Positions 17,405 to 26,856 are shown, numbered from the stretch's first letter. The stretch: 64,000 nucleotides of DNA from an uncultured Alphaproteobacteria bacterium (GCA_963774195.1 CAVZDY010000004.1:365878-429877); one strand, 5' to 3'. Notes: a model not told the origin generated them from the sequence alone. Program-made: numbers and translations.

Positions 17405-19612
17405 GTGAACGCGCTTGCTCAAATATCTTACACAAATCCAAACCTTGAAGCAGCGCTTATTCTGGCTGAACGTGGCTACGCGATGTTTCCTTGCAAGCCT
17501 GACAAAAAGCCTCACGTTGAATGGCGCAACCAATCGACAACCGATAGTGAGGCCATCCGCCGTTGGTGGCGGACGTGGCCCGACGCCCTTCCTGCCATCG
17601 ATTGCGCGAAGTCTGGCATCGTCGTCGTTGACCTCGACCTCCCGAAGACGCAGGGCGCTCCGAATGGCTTGAAAAGCTTTGGCGCGCTCCTTGAGGAAGA
17701 TAGAGTGCCGTGGGGCGTCGGGAGTGACAGCGTAGCCGTGGCGACCCTACACGGCGGCTTGCACCTTTTTCACAGACAGCCGGACCCTCATAACCCGCTT
17801 GGCAACAGCCCAGGCAGACTCGCTGGGCGCGGCATCGACATTCGCGGCGCGGGCGGCTACGTGATTGCCCCTGGCGCGCGTCGCGTTGACGGTAGCGGCT
17901 ACCGATACGTCGACAACTCACGAGAACTGCCGCGACCCGAAGACCTTCCCCCTTTGCCTGAAGCGCTCGTTTCACGTATTCGCAGTAAACAGGCCGCGCC
18001 AGCCGTCCCGGCTCCGCAGCCTGCGCAATTCCCCGCCCATGTGGGGTCCGGGGGCGATGCGAGCGACGAACGCGGGCTTGCCTACGCCGAACGGGCACTT
18101 GAACTTGAAGCAAGCGAGCTTTCCGACGCCCCGAAGGGCGGGCGCAACGCGGCACTGAATAAGGCCGCGCACAAGCTCGGCGGATACGTTCACCTCGGCC
18201 TAAGCGAGCTGCGCATAGCTGACGCGTTGATGGGTGCGGCCAATGCAAACGGATTGATTGCTGACGATGGCGAAGATGCCGCGCGCAAAACGATCAAGAG
18301 CGGCCTTGAAGCCGGAAGACAAAGGCCGCGCTCGATTCCGCAAGACGCTCTGACCGGCGTTGAGCTCACCGGCCAAGAGGAAGCTCGCGAACGCTTCTTG
18401 AAATCGGGGAGGCAAATGCAAGCAGCGACTCCGGCTGCGCAACCCTCGCGTGCGCGAATCAAGGCAGCGCCGTTTCCCTTTCTCAACCCGGCGGACATTC
18501 CCCGCCGCGAGTGGCTGTACGGCGGCCATTACATTCGTAAGTACGTGACCGCAACCATAGCGCCCGGCGGCGTTGGCAAAACCACGCTGATAACGGTTGA
18601 AGCACTGGCTATGGCTTCAGGCAGGAACTTGCTCGGCCCTCATCCCGCATACGCCGCACGCGTATGGTTGCACAACGGCGAAGACCCGATGGACGAAATG
18701 CAGCGGCGCGTTACCGCTGCAATGCTTCACCATAAGCTTGTACCGGACGACGTTGCGGGCCACTTATTTGTCACATCTGGGCGTACGACGCCTATAACGA
18801 TTGCCGAAACGAGGGGTAACGGAACCGCAATCGCCGCTCCAAACATTGAAGAGATAAAGGTCGAAATAATCGCCAACAGAATAGACGTTTTAATCGTTGA
18901 TCCATTCGTCTCCTGCCATCGCGTCAACGAAAATGATAACAACGCTATTCAGCAGGTGGCAGCTGAGTGGGCCAAAATAGCCGAAGAAACTAATTGCTCC
19001 ATCGAACTTGTACACCATTCCCGGAAGGCGAATGGAAACGGGACAACTGTGGACGACGCGCGCGGCGCATCCGCGCTCGTATCCGCCGCTCGCTCTGTTC
19101 GTACGCTCAACGTCATGACGAAGGATGAGGCGGAAAAAGCCGGTGTAGAAAACCCTCGCTCGCATGTCCGTATTGAAGACGGCAAGCCAAATATGACGCA
19201 AGCCGGCGAGTTTACCCGCTGGTATCGGCTCGAAAGCGTCCAACTACACAATGGGCTCATGGGCACTCCCGGCGATAAAGTCGGCGTAGCTACGGCCTGG
19301 CGAATGCCAAATCAGTCGTTGGAATTAACCGAAGAAGCCAAGCAGACAATCTTTCAGAAGATTTGCGCCGGTTCTTGGCGCGAAGACCTTCGATCCGCCG
19401 ATTGGGTTGGCTTCCCGATCGCCGAGACGCTAGGCCTCGACAGCAACAGCCCCACCCACAAGGCGCACATCAAGGCAGTCATTACCATGATGATAAAACA
19501 GGGATTTTTGACGGTCACAACCAAGTTAGACGCGAACCGCAAAAGCCGCCAGTACGTCGAAGTCGCGCCCCCAAATCTTCTGGTTGCGCCAGTGCGTCAG
19601 TTCGAAAAATAA
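17405..19612 (+). CDS. Bifunctional primase-polymerase fused to RepA/AAA_25 helicase
   Basis: Prim-Pol motifs (FPCKPDKKP, VVDLD, GGLHLF, GIDIRG.GGYVIAP) plus Walker A APGGVGKT, Walker B LIVDP and LVHHSRK. Confidence 0.9.
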   Translation: MNALAQISYTNPNLEAALILAERGYAMFPCKPDKKPHVEWRNQSTTDSEAIRRWWRTWPDALPAIDCAKSGIVVVDLDLPKTQGAPNGLKSFGALLEEDRVPWGVGSDSVAVATLHGGLHLFHRQPDPHNPLGNSPGRLAGRGIDIRGAGGYVIAPGARRVDGSGYRYVDNSRELPRPEDLPPLPEALVSRIRSKQAAPAVPAPQPAQFPAHVGSGGDASDERGLAYAERALELEASELSDAPKGGRNAALNKAAHKLGGYVHLGLSELRIADALMGAANANGLIADDGEDAARKTIKSGLEAGRQRPRSIPQDALTGVELTGQEEARERFLKSGRQMQAATPAAQPSRARIKAAPFPFLNPADIPRREWLYGGHYIRKYVTATIAPGGVGKTTLITVEALAMASGRNLLGPHPAYAARVWLHNGEDPMDEMQRRVTAAMLHHKLVPDDVAGHLFVTSGRTTPITIAETRGNGTAIAAPNIEEIKVEIIANRIDVLIVDPFVSCHRVNENDNNAIQQVAAEWAKIAEETNCSIELVHHSRKANGNGTTVDDARGASALVSAARSVRTLNVMTKDEAEKAGVENPRSHVRIEDGKPNMTQAGEFTRWYRLESVQLHNGLMGTPGDKVGVATAWRMPNQSLELTEEAKQTIFQKICAGSWREDLRSADWVGFPIAETLGLDSNSPTHKAHIKAVITMMIKQGFLTVTTKLDANRKSRQYVEVAPPNLLVAPVRQFEK

Positions 19613-19689
19613 CCGACTGGCGCACCAGTGCTCCAGTTGCTCCACTCCCCCTTTAGGGGGGTGGACTGGAGCGGACCTTCTGGAGCGGA
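19585..19689. promoter_or_regulatory. Candidate replication origin of the satellite
   Basis: Inverted TGCGCCAGT/ACTGGCGCA, GCTCCAGT/ACTGGAGC repeats and a CCCCCTTTAGGGGG palindrome at the primase 3' end. Confidence 0.55.
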
Positions 19690-19859
19690 AACGTGCAGCA
19701 GAGATTCCCGCACTTGAAGCGAGAAAAGGTCATTGACGAAAGGGTTATCGAAATGAGCAGCGAGAGCGGCGGCGCGCCCCTGCCTGAGCCGCGGTGGTTA
19801 GGCTTGTGGTCAATTGCGGTCGGCACATTCCGAAGCGCTGTCAACAAAGAGGCTGGTCG

Positions 19860-20300
19860 ATGACTGATACCGTGCGAAAAAACGCGCCGAAAACGCGCGG
19901 CAGGCCCTTTCAGCGCGGCAACCCGGGGAGACCAAAGGGGGCGCGCCACAAGTCTACGATCGCGGCTGAAGCCCTTCTGGACGGAGAGGCTGACGCGCTG
20001 ACTCGGAAGGCAATCGAGCTTGCCCTGGCAGGCGACACGTTCGCGTTACGCCTCTGCCTGGAGCGCATCTTGCCGGCACGCAAAGATCGCCCCGTTTCGT
20101 TCGCTATGCCCTCAATTGCCGGTGCCGGCGAAGCGGCCAAGCTCGCAAGCGCGATCCTCTCAGCCGTCGCCAGGGGGCAATTGACGCCCGGTGAAGCATC
20201 GGAAGTCGCAAAGCTGATCGACACTTTCACCCGAACGCTTGAAGCGACTGAATTCGAAACCCGCCTTAGGGCGCTTGAGGAGTTGGGAGAAAACCAATGA
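19860..20300 (+). CDS. DUF5681-like protein (small terminase-like)
   Basis: GRPFQRGNPGRPKGARHK...LLDGEADALTRKAIELALAGD..ALRLCLERILP signature. Confidence 0.8.
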   Translation: MTDTVRKNAPKTRGRPFQRGNPGRPKGARHKSTIAAEALLDGEADALTRKAIELALAGDTFALRLCLERILPARKDRPVSFAMPSIAGAGEAAKLASAILSAVARGQLTPGEASEVAKLIDTFTRTLEATEFETRLRALEELGENQ

Positions 20301-20503
20301 AGGCGGCGACCAGAGCCCGTCTTTGCAGGCTTGAAGAAGAACTACGAGACCGCGACGACGAACTAGGGCTTCAATTCATTCGGGAGACCCCGGTAATGGA
20401 AGGGTCAAAGGAGCACCTCGCAGCACTGAATGATCCGACTAGGCACGACGGCCTCATCGTTATATTCGCCGACGAACCCGGCCCCGAGCGGGCCATTCTG
20501 TGA
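20297..20503 (+). CDS. Small hypothetical protein
   Basis: 68 aa ORF coupled to the DUF5681 gene. Confidence 0.55.
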   Translation: MKAATRARLCRLEEELRDRDDELGLQFIRETPVMEGSKEHLAALNDPTRHDGLIVIFADEPGPERAIL

Positions 20504-20767
20504 ATTCAGTGCGACTTCGCTTTGCGGGTGAACTCGCCTAGCTGAGATAGTTGGTCGTTTACACATGCTAGTGGAATCTGTCGCTTGGTAACCGCCGCCA
20601 ACCGCTGTTGTCGACCCATTGCGGACGGTCGACATGTTGCGACTATCAAGATATATGGAACAGCGTTTTTTGTGGGAAATCGGGGGAGCTATTGAGAGAA
20701 GGTCCAACGAGGCGGCGTTTCTGGAAAAGGGATGATTTCTAAGAGAGAGTTAAGTACTAACTAAGCG

Positions 20768-21178
20768 ATGGGCGGGGATCACATCATGAGCGTGAACGGG
20801 ACTTACAGCTTCGCTTATTCCGGGTCACTCGGCGTAGGGGTTGGCGTCCTTTCTATTCAAAACAGCACACTCACTGGCGCTGATCTTGGCGGCGGGCGGT
20901 ATCACGGCGTCGTTATTCCTGATCCTGAGTCAGCAGGCTTTCGTGTCGTCTTTGATATGCTTGTTCCTGCGGGTGCCTTCTTGGTGCAAAACGCTTCGCC
21001 TCAAGCCATTAGCCACACGCGAAGCGGTATCTCTGTCGATTTTCGCCCGGACTTCGATAACGGCGAGCCAATCAAAATCTATGTGCCTCCGGGCGATATA
21101 ACCCTTATGGTTCGACGAATTTCAGATGAGTACGCTTGGTGCGCGTCTGGCGTGAAGGTGACGATCACCCCGGCGTAG
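20768..21178 (+). CDS. Hypothetical protein, possibly GrlR-like beta-barrel
   Basis: NGTYSFAY.G..GVGVGVLSIQN..LTGAD.GGGRYHG resembles GrlR-family N-termini (recalled, not searched). Confidence 0.4.
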   Translation: MGGDHIMSVNGTYSFAYSGSLGVGVGVLSIQNSTLTGADLGGGRYHGVVIPDPESAGFRVVFDMLVPAGAFLVQNASPQAISHTRSGISVDFRPDFDNGEPIKIYVPPGDITLMVRRISDEYAWCASGVKVTITPA

Positions 21179-21197
21179 CGGGTTGCCGCCCAAAGCG

Positions 21198-21746
21198 TCA
21201 GGTGCTTGGATTCGGCGTGCGCTGAATTTGTGCGCGCGCCAAGGCTTTGCGCCAAAGTGATTTGAGCCAAAGTCGAAAGTCTACCAGCTCGCCATACTTC
21301 GCAACGTCCCATTCTCGCTTGAAAACGACTCGAGCCTGCTCGATTGCGCAGTTTTCCAATTCAAGGTCAATACCTTTTGCCTCCCGCAATTCCTTCAGTC
21401 GCTTCTCTAGTGCAATGTGATCGTTTTCTTTCGGATTCAATCTAAGCACGACCTTCATAAGCAGTGTATCAGCGACATCTTTCTTGGTGTCGATGCGTTG
21501 CCGGATCGAATCGCGCTGTTCCGCATCCTGTTGAAGCAAAATAAGGTCTTTAGTATCGGCCTGCACTCTGTGGGCGCTGGCTATATACTCTGCAACGTCA
21601 TCGCGCAAAGCGTTAATCCAATTTTGCCGATGCTCGGAAATTTTGACGAACTTCGCTGCGCGTCCGGCCACAAAGGCGGCAATCACGGCACCGCCGCCGA
21701 TCCATAAAGTTGCCGTCAGATAGGAAAAATGCGTGGTGTCTGTCAT
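21198..21746 (-). CDS. Membrane-anchored hypothetical protein
   Basis: N-terminal TM, then KISEHRQNWINALRDD...LRLNPKE...KREWDVAKYGE. Confidence 0.7.
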   Translation of the reverse strand: MTDTTHFSYLTATLWIGGGAVIAAFVAGRAAKFVKISEHRQNWINALRDDVAEYIASAHRVQADTKDLILLQQDAEQRDSIRQRIDTKKDVADTLLMKVVLRLNPKENDHIALEKRLKELREAKGIDLELENCAIEQARVVFKREWDVAKYGELVDFRLWLKSLWRKALARAQIQRTPNPST

Positions 21747-21958
21747 ATGTGTCCCCGTATTTGAGGGTGCTGAATTCTTGCGCTTTTGGCGAGTTAGCGC
21801 GCCCATCCCCCAAAACCGATGGAACCATACAGGACGAATGATAATTGCCAAGCCGCTCATGTGACTTCGCGTGCGTAACGATGAAGGTAACCTGCCGGAT
21901 GGTGAAGAGGCTTCATAAAGAAGCGATTTAGGCCGCCTCTTGCGTTTGCCGCGTTCTG

Positions 21959-22933
21959 GTGCAAGTTGGGTCTATTGAACTTGTACTAACTAGAAAAAAG
22001 ACTATTGGAGGCATTGCCGTGGCTACCTCGCTTATCCAGGAATTGCAGCTAGACGCGGCCGACGCCGGAGTATCGGCTTCAAATTTGCTGCGGAAGGCGT
22101 TGATCGTTGCCGCCAAGCTGGGGGTGTCCGATGTTCCCGAGTGGATCGACAAGGAGCTATCAGGCTATCGCGATAGTGATACCTTGCCCTCGTACCGGGT
22201 TGTGCATGGAACGGTAAAAGGCCACAGCTTGCGCGGATGGCTTCCCGCTCAATTCCCGACGGACGACTTAGAAGATACGATTTCGAAAAAGCATCTTTAT
22301 GATTCGGTGGCCGAAATCGAGGCGCTGAGGAATAAAGATGGGATGCTAGTGGTCAAGTTTTCTGCCGAAGCAACACGATTGTTGCAGGAAATGTTCAGTC
22401 ACAATTCTGAATTTGTATGCGTACTAGAAAAGACCAAGCTGGACGCGATTATAGATGAAATACGAAATCGACTTCTGCGATGGGCGCTCGCCTTGGAGAA
22501 AGCAGGCGTCAGGGGAGACGGTCTGACCTTCACCGGCGCAGAGAAGCAGAAGGCTCATAACCTAGTATTTCATGTCGATACGGGCAACGTAAATGTCGGA
22601 GTCATTGGCGATGTCGGAGGACAGGCGAACGTCGCGACAGGCGTTCAGCCCACAGCGGGCAGCATCGACGGTGACGATATCGGCAAGTTGCTAGCGGACA
22701 TTGGAGCCCACATTAGCACCATCCCGGTCTCGGGTAACCATCAAAACGAATTGAAAGATGCCCTAAGCACGTTGACAACTGCGAGTTCCGGAAATCCAGT
22801 CAAGACTGGGATAGTGCGTCAAGCGCTCGACCGCGTTCTGCACATAGTAGGCAAAGCGGGCGACACCGTTGTCACCCTTGGAATCAAGGCGATTGTTGAG
22901 AGCTGGATGAAACAGCACGGCGTGGTTCCATAG
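21959..22933 (+). CDS. AbiTii-domain protein (candidate abortive infection)
   Basis: N-terminal LIQELQLDAAD...SNLLRKALIVAAKL...EWIDKELSGY...LPSYR fits the AbiTii domain pattern; start may be downstream of 21959. Confidence 0.75.
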   Translation: MQVGSIELVLTRKKTIGGIAVATSLIQELQLDAADAGVSASNLLRKALIVAAKLGVSDVPEWIDKELSGYRDSDTLPSYRVVHGTVKGHSLRGWLPAQFPTDDLEDTISKKHLYDSVAEIEALRNKDGMLVVKFSAEATRLLQEMFSHNSEFVCVLEKTKLDAIIDEIRNRLLRWALALEKAGVRGDGLTFTGAEKQKAHNLVFHVDTGNVNVGVIGDVGGQANVATGVQPTAGSIDGDDIGKLLADIGAHISTIPVSGNHQNELKDALSTLTTASSGNPVKTGIVRQALDRVLHIVGKAGDTVVTLGIKAIVESWMKQHGVVP

Positions 22934-22975
22934 AGAACGCGACCAGGCTGTGGGATAGCGCAGCGTCGCTGTTTT

Positions 22976-23230
22976 CGACATCCGCGTTCCAGAGCGCATT
23001 CTCCGCCGGATTGCTGCAAGTCGTCCCGCAAACGAGGCGATTGAAGACCGCGAAGGGGCTTCCAGACGTAGGTGTGCTCGTACGCGAGCTTGAAAGCTTT
23101 GAGGTCAAAATCTCAGCTAGCGGCAATGAAAGGCTTCGAAGCGTGGCGCGAATTGGTCCATGACGATTTGGTTCTCGCCACGGCCCTGGCAGGTTTGGCA
23201 GGCGGAGGACCGGGCGCAGCCGGCTGCGGT
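22976..23230 (+). pseudogene. Terminase-like nuclease C-terminal remnant
   Basis: Broken frames read LQVVPQTRRLKTAKGLPDVGVLVRELESFEVKISASGNE / FEAWRE / HDDLVLATAL. Confidence 0.6.
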
Positions 23231-23325
23231 GCGTCGACATGAGATGGTTTGAGAGGTTGCAGCGTCTTTTGCCCCTCGTTTTTTCCGCTCTCGAATGTCC
23301 ACAGGGTCGCGCCGGTTTGCGGATT

Positions 23326-23691
23326 TCAGGTCGGCGCAGCCTCTGCGACGCTTACCTTTGAAGATTTCCTTGTTCCGACCATAGCGACAAGACCGCCGAC
23401 GAACGCAAGAGCCATGAAAACTGCCACTAAAGTTCCACCCAGAATTGCGCCCGCGATAGCCGAGAGCGTCAGTAAAGCACCGGGGAGCCTGCTCTTCGCC
23501 CCGATCGCAATTGCGCCTAAGACGATGACCAAAAACGAAAATAGGACACCGCCCCAACCTAGGCCTACTACCGTAGATGCGTTCTCCGCATGAAATGCCG
23601 ATCCCAACCCTCCGACCAGCAGCGTTATAGCGGCCGCGAGAACCCCGAAGATTCCTGCAACCAAACCAATGATCCCGCCCGCCTTTTGCAT
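23326..23691 (-). CDS. Small integral membrane protein
   Basis: 121 aa, about four Gly/Ala-rich hydrophobic helices. Confidence 0.75.
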   Translation of the reverse strand: MQKAGGIIGLVAGIFGVLAAAITLLVGGLGSAFHAENASTVVGLGWGGVLFSFLVIVLGAIAIGAKSRLPGALLTLSAIAGAILGGTLVAVFMALAFVGGLVAMVGTRKSSKVSVAEAAPT

Positions 23692-23804
23692 GGTTAACCT
23701 CCCCCAAGCTGTTCGCCAGTCGCGGCTAGATTTTCGTTGTGACTTCGCCCAAGCTACGACACCCTTGCAGTATTACGCGTACACACTCGCGCTAACGCCA
23801 GTCC

Positions 23805-24260
23805 TTATCTGACCGCGGCATTGTCGATAATCATGCCGAGCTGCATCATAACTCGTTCAACTGTTCCATGAACAACTACGTCACAACCGTGTCCGCAATT
23901 TTCAAAAATCGAGTGCCGCTGATCGCGAGAAATGTTCTTTGTATCTAGGAACAAAGCGCTCATTTCGCCTTGGCTTTTGTATAATAACGCCTGTTCTCCC
24001 ATCATGATCAAAAATCCTTGGACCTGCACGTGCTTACCGCGCAACTCGTCAAAGTCGGCCATAACATCGGTGACCGTGACTTTATCTCCAGCCACGGGAC
24101 GTTTTGAACGGAGAACGGCTTCGTCAAAACACGCAAGCCGCGCAGGGTCGCTCGCTATGCCTACACACTTGTCTACCTCAACTTCTTGAGCAATTGCGCA
24201 TGGGAAATTCGATCCCCAAGCCATGGCCGCAATCAAGCCAATCACCCTAAGTTTGCTCAT
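23805..24260 (-). CDS. Exported hypothetical protein
   Basis: Signal peptide, CxxIxxDxxRLACFD motif, C-terminal OB-fold-like segment. Confidence 0.65.
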   Translation of the reverse strand: MSKLRVIGLIAAMAWGSNFPCAIAQEVEVDKCVGIASDPARLACFDEAVLRSKRPVAGDKVTVTDVMADFDELRGKHVQVQGFLIMMGEQALLYKSQGEMSALFLDTKNISRDQRHSIFENCGHGCDVVVHGTVERVMMQLGMIIDNAAVR

Positions 24261-24287
24261 CGACCCCCTCCCAGGTGCAATACTCTC

Positions 24288-24821
24288 TTAGCAGAGCTTC
24301 TCGTATGTTTCAGCATCAATACAAGTCAGTTTATACATTCTATCCAAATATGTAATAAAACTTTCTCTGCCCATCTCCATCGCGTTTGTTGCTGTGTCGG
24401 TTGTGTACTCGTTCTTTGGAGGTATTACGCTTATTATTTCTCCATCCATCTTTATTTCGTAGCCCAGGTCAACATACGAATCGTCATCCAGGCGCTTTAG
24501 TCCAATCCAGTATCCAATATCCACTGCCTCTGGATCGCCGCTTTCGCCATTGTATCCGACGTCTATTGAGCCGACCTTAAATTTGTTCGGCCGCATTTTT
24601 TCGGCAAATTGCAACACCTGCCATACGGTTGCGCCGTCTGCTGTCTTCCGTTGCTTGACCGCCTCAATCCATTTCTTTTCAGCGGCCGGAGATAGCTCCT
24701 TCGCCTTCCACCCCGGCGGCGGATCAGCCTGCGCTGTGAAGCCCGGGGCGAGCAAAATGAAGACGGCGAAGCCGACGCTTAGGGGTCCAATGAGAGTGAG
24801 CTTCAAGGCGGCCTCCGGCAA
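24288..24821 (-). CDS. Exported hypothetical protein
   Basis: N-terminal hydrophobic signal (VGFAVFILLAPGFTAQA), 177 aa. Confidence 0.65.
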   Translation of the reverse strand: MPEAALKLTLIGPLSVGFAVFILLAPGFTAQADPPPGWKAKELSPAAEKKWIEAVKQRKTADGATVWQVLQFAEKMRPNKFKVGSIDVGYNGESGDPEAVDIGYWIGLKRLDDDSYVDLGYEIKMDGEIISVIPPKNEYTTDTATNAMEMGRESFITYLDRMYKLTCIDAETYEKLC

Positions 24822-24894
24822 TAGCAGCTGAGTTATGGAAAATTGCTGGAGGTAGCGTCAAGGCCATTTGCCTTGCCTTCGCGGCCGGACCCGA

Positions 24895-25060
24895 GATCGC
24901 CTGTAGTTGACGCTGCCGAGATCGAATGGCCAATCGTAGACCTGTTGCTCAAGGAAGGGCTAACGCCAATCATCATCACGATCACCGGCGGCGATACCGT
25001 CAACCGCATTGCGTACAACGACATCCGCGTTCCGGAGCGCATTCTCCGCCGGATTGCTGC
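24895..25060 (+). pseudogene. Terminase-like remnant (upstream part of the same gene family as 22976-23230)
   Basis: VVDAAEIEWPIVDLLLKEGLTPIIITITGGDTVNR...DIRVP; shares a 42-bp repeat with 22976-23017. Confidence 0.55.
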
Positions 25061-25308
25061 TGCGATGTATTTGGTTATTCCCCGCGATGCCGCGGGCTGC
25101 ACAATGGGGCCTAGGGGGATGGACCGACTTGCCCCGCACCAGACGGCGGTCGGAGGTTTTATGATTGGGAGCCTGCGGCGTGGAAAGCGCCACCATCCCG
25201 CGTCCAACCGCGCCGGGCAACTTTCAATTTCCGCTTACCGGGCGCTTACCGAAACCGTCGGCTTACCTGCGTCGGCCCCGAAAATCACAGCTAAGCTATT
25301 GAAAAGAA

Positions 25309-25386
25309 TGGCGCGCCCGAAGAGATTTCGAACTCCTGACCCCCAGATTCGTAGTCTGGTGCTCTATCCAGCTGAGCTACGGGCGC
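25309..25386 (-). tRNA. tRNA-Arg(ACG)
   Basis: GCGCCCGTAGCTCAGCTGGATAGAGCACCAGACTACGAATCTGGGGGTCAGGAGTTCGA...GGGCGCGCCA. One extra base in the T arm relative to the att copy. Confidence 0.95.
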
Positions 25387-25521
25387 CCTGACCGCGTTTC
25401 GGTGTGTCCCTCTTGCGGTAGGGGCGGCGTATAGACGGCTTCTCGGCTGGCCGCAAGAGGCGATTTTGCATTTGGCGAACATCGGCTTGCCTCGTCGCGC
25501 TGGCGCGGCTAACTCACGCTC

Positions 25522-26814
25522 ATGCCGTCCACTCGTCCCCTCGCCCTCATCAACGCTCGCCTGATCGATCCCGCCGAGGAGCGGGAGTGGCGCGGGGGCG
25601 CGCTGATCGTCGGCGACAAGATCGCCGCTCTCGGTCCCGAGGTCACCCGCGAATCGGCGCCGGCCGACGCGCGGCTGATCGATTGCGAGGGCGACGTCGT
25701 CGCGCCGGGGCTGATCGACATGCGCGCTTTCGTCGGCGAGCCCGGCGCCGAACACCGCGAGACGATCGCATCCGCGAGCGCTGCTGCCGCGGCCGGCGGC
25801 GTGACGACGATTCTCGCGCGGCCCGACACCAATCCGCCGGTCGACGATCCCGCGGTGGTCGACTTCATCCTGCGTCGGGCGCGCGACACCGCCAAGGTGC
25901 GCGTGCTGCCCTCCGCTGCTTTGACCAAAGGCCTCGAGGGGCGCGAGATCGCCGAGATCGGCCTACTCGCCGAGGCGGGCGCGGTGGCCTTCTCCGACGG
26001 GCCGCGCAGCCTCGCCAATGCGCAGACGATGCGCCGCGCCCTCACCTACGCCGGCGACTTCGGCGCCCTCGTCATGCACTATTGCGAGGATCGCGATCTC
26101 GTCGGCGACGGCGTGATCGCCGAGGGCGAGCGGGCGAGCCGGCTCGGCCTCGCCGGCATTCCCCGCGAGGCCGAGACGATCGTGCTCGAACGCGACCTGC
26201 GTCTCGTCGCGCTGACCGGCGCGCGCTACCATGCCGTCTTCGTCTCGAACCAACTGTCGCTCGACGCCTTGGCGCGGGCGCGCCGCGCCGGGCTGCCGGT
26301 GACGTCAGGCGTCTCGATCAACCATCTGACGCTCAACGAGATCGACGTCGGCGACTATCGCACCTTCCTGAAGCTGAACCCGCCGCTCCGGGGCGAGGAC
26401 GAACGGCTCGCTTTGGTCGAAGCGCTGCGCGAAGGCCTGATCGACGTCATCGTCTCCGATCACGATCCGCAGGATGTCGAAACCAAGCGCCTGCCCTTCG
26501 CGGAGGCGGCGGCGGGCGCGATCGGCGTCGAGACGATGCTCTCGGCGAGCCTGCGCCTCGTCTCGGCCGGCCACATCGCCCTGCCCCGGCTGCTGCGCGC
26601 GATGTCGACGCGGCCGGCGGAGATCCTGGGGATTCCGGGCGGCCGGCTCGCGGTCGGCGCGCCGGCGGACCTCATTCGCTTCGATCCCGAGGCGCCCTTC
26701 GTGCTCGATCCGGCGACGCTGCATTCGCGCTGCCGCAACACGCCCTTCGACCAGGCGCGGCTCGAGGGGCAGATCAAGTTGACGCTGGTTGCGGGAAACG
26801 TCGCGCACGAATAG
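25522..26814 (+). CDS. pyrC: Dihydroorotase-like protein (PyrC' type; lacks the HxH metal ligands)
   Basis: Amidohydrolase fold motifs (APGLIDMRAFVGEPG, SDHDP); DMRAF replaces D.HxH. Confidence 0.85.
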   Translation: MPSTRPLALINARLIDPAEEREWRGGALIVGDKIAALGPEVTRESAPADARLIDCEGDVVAPGLIDMRAFVGEPGAEHRETIASASAAAAAGGVTTILARPDTNPPVDDPAVVDFILRRARDTAKVRVLPSAALTKGLEGREIAEIGLLAEAGAVAFSDGPRSLANAQTMRRALTYAGDFGALVMHYCEDRDLVGDGVIAEGERASRLGLAGIPREAETIVLERDLRLVALTGARYHAVFVSNQLSLDALARARRAGLPVTSGVSINHLTLNEIDVGDYRTFLKLNPPLRGEDERLALVEALREGLIDVIVSDHDPQDVETKRLPFAEAAAGAIGVETMLSASLRLVSAGHIALPRLLRAMSTRPAEILGIPGGRLAVGAPADLIRFDPEAPFVLDPATLHSRCRNTPFDQARLEGQIKLTLVAGNVAHE

Positions 26815-26856
26815 GCTCCGCCTCGTTTTTCCACGAAATACGAGGCCTGCGCCCGG

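Larger units (their letters stand above)
14903..25355. mobile_element. Integrated PICI/phage-satellite-like element (~10.4 kb) at tRNA-Arg(ACG)
   Basis: att direct repeats, adjacent tyrosine integrase, excisionase-like HTH, primase-helicase, DUF5681-like gene, lower-GC cargo. Confidence 0.88.
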
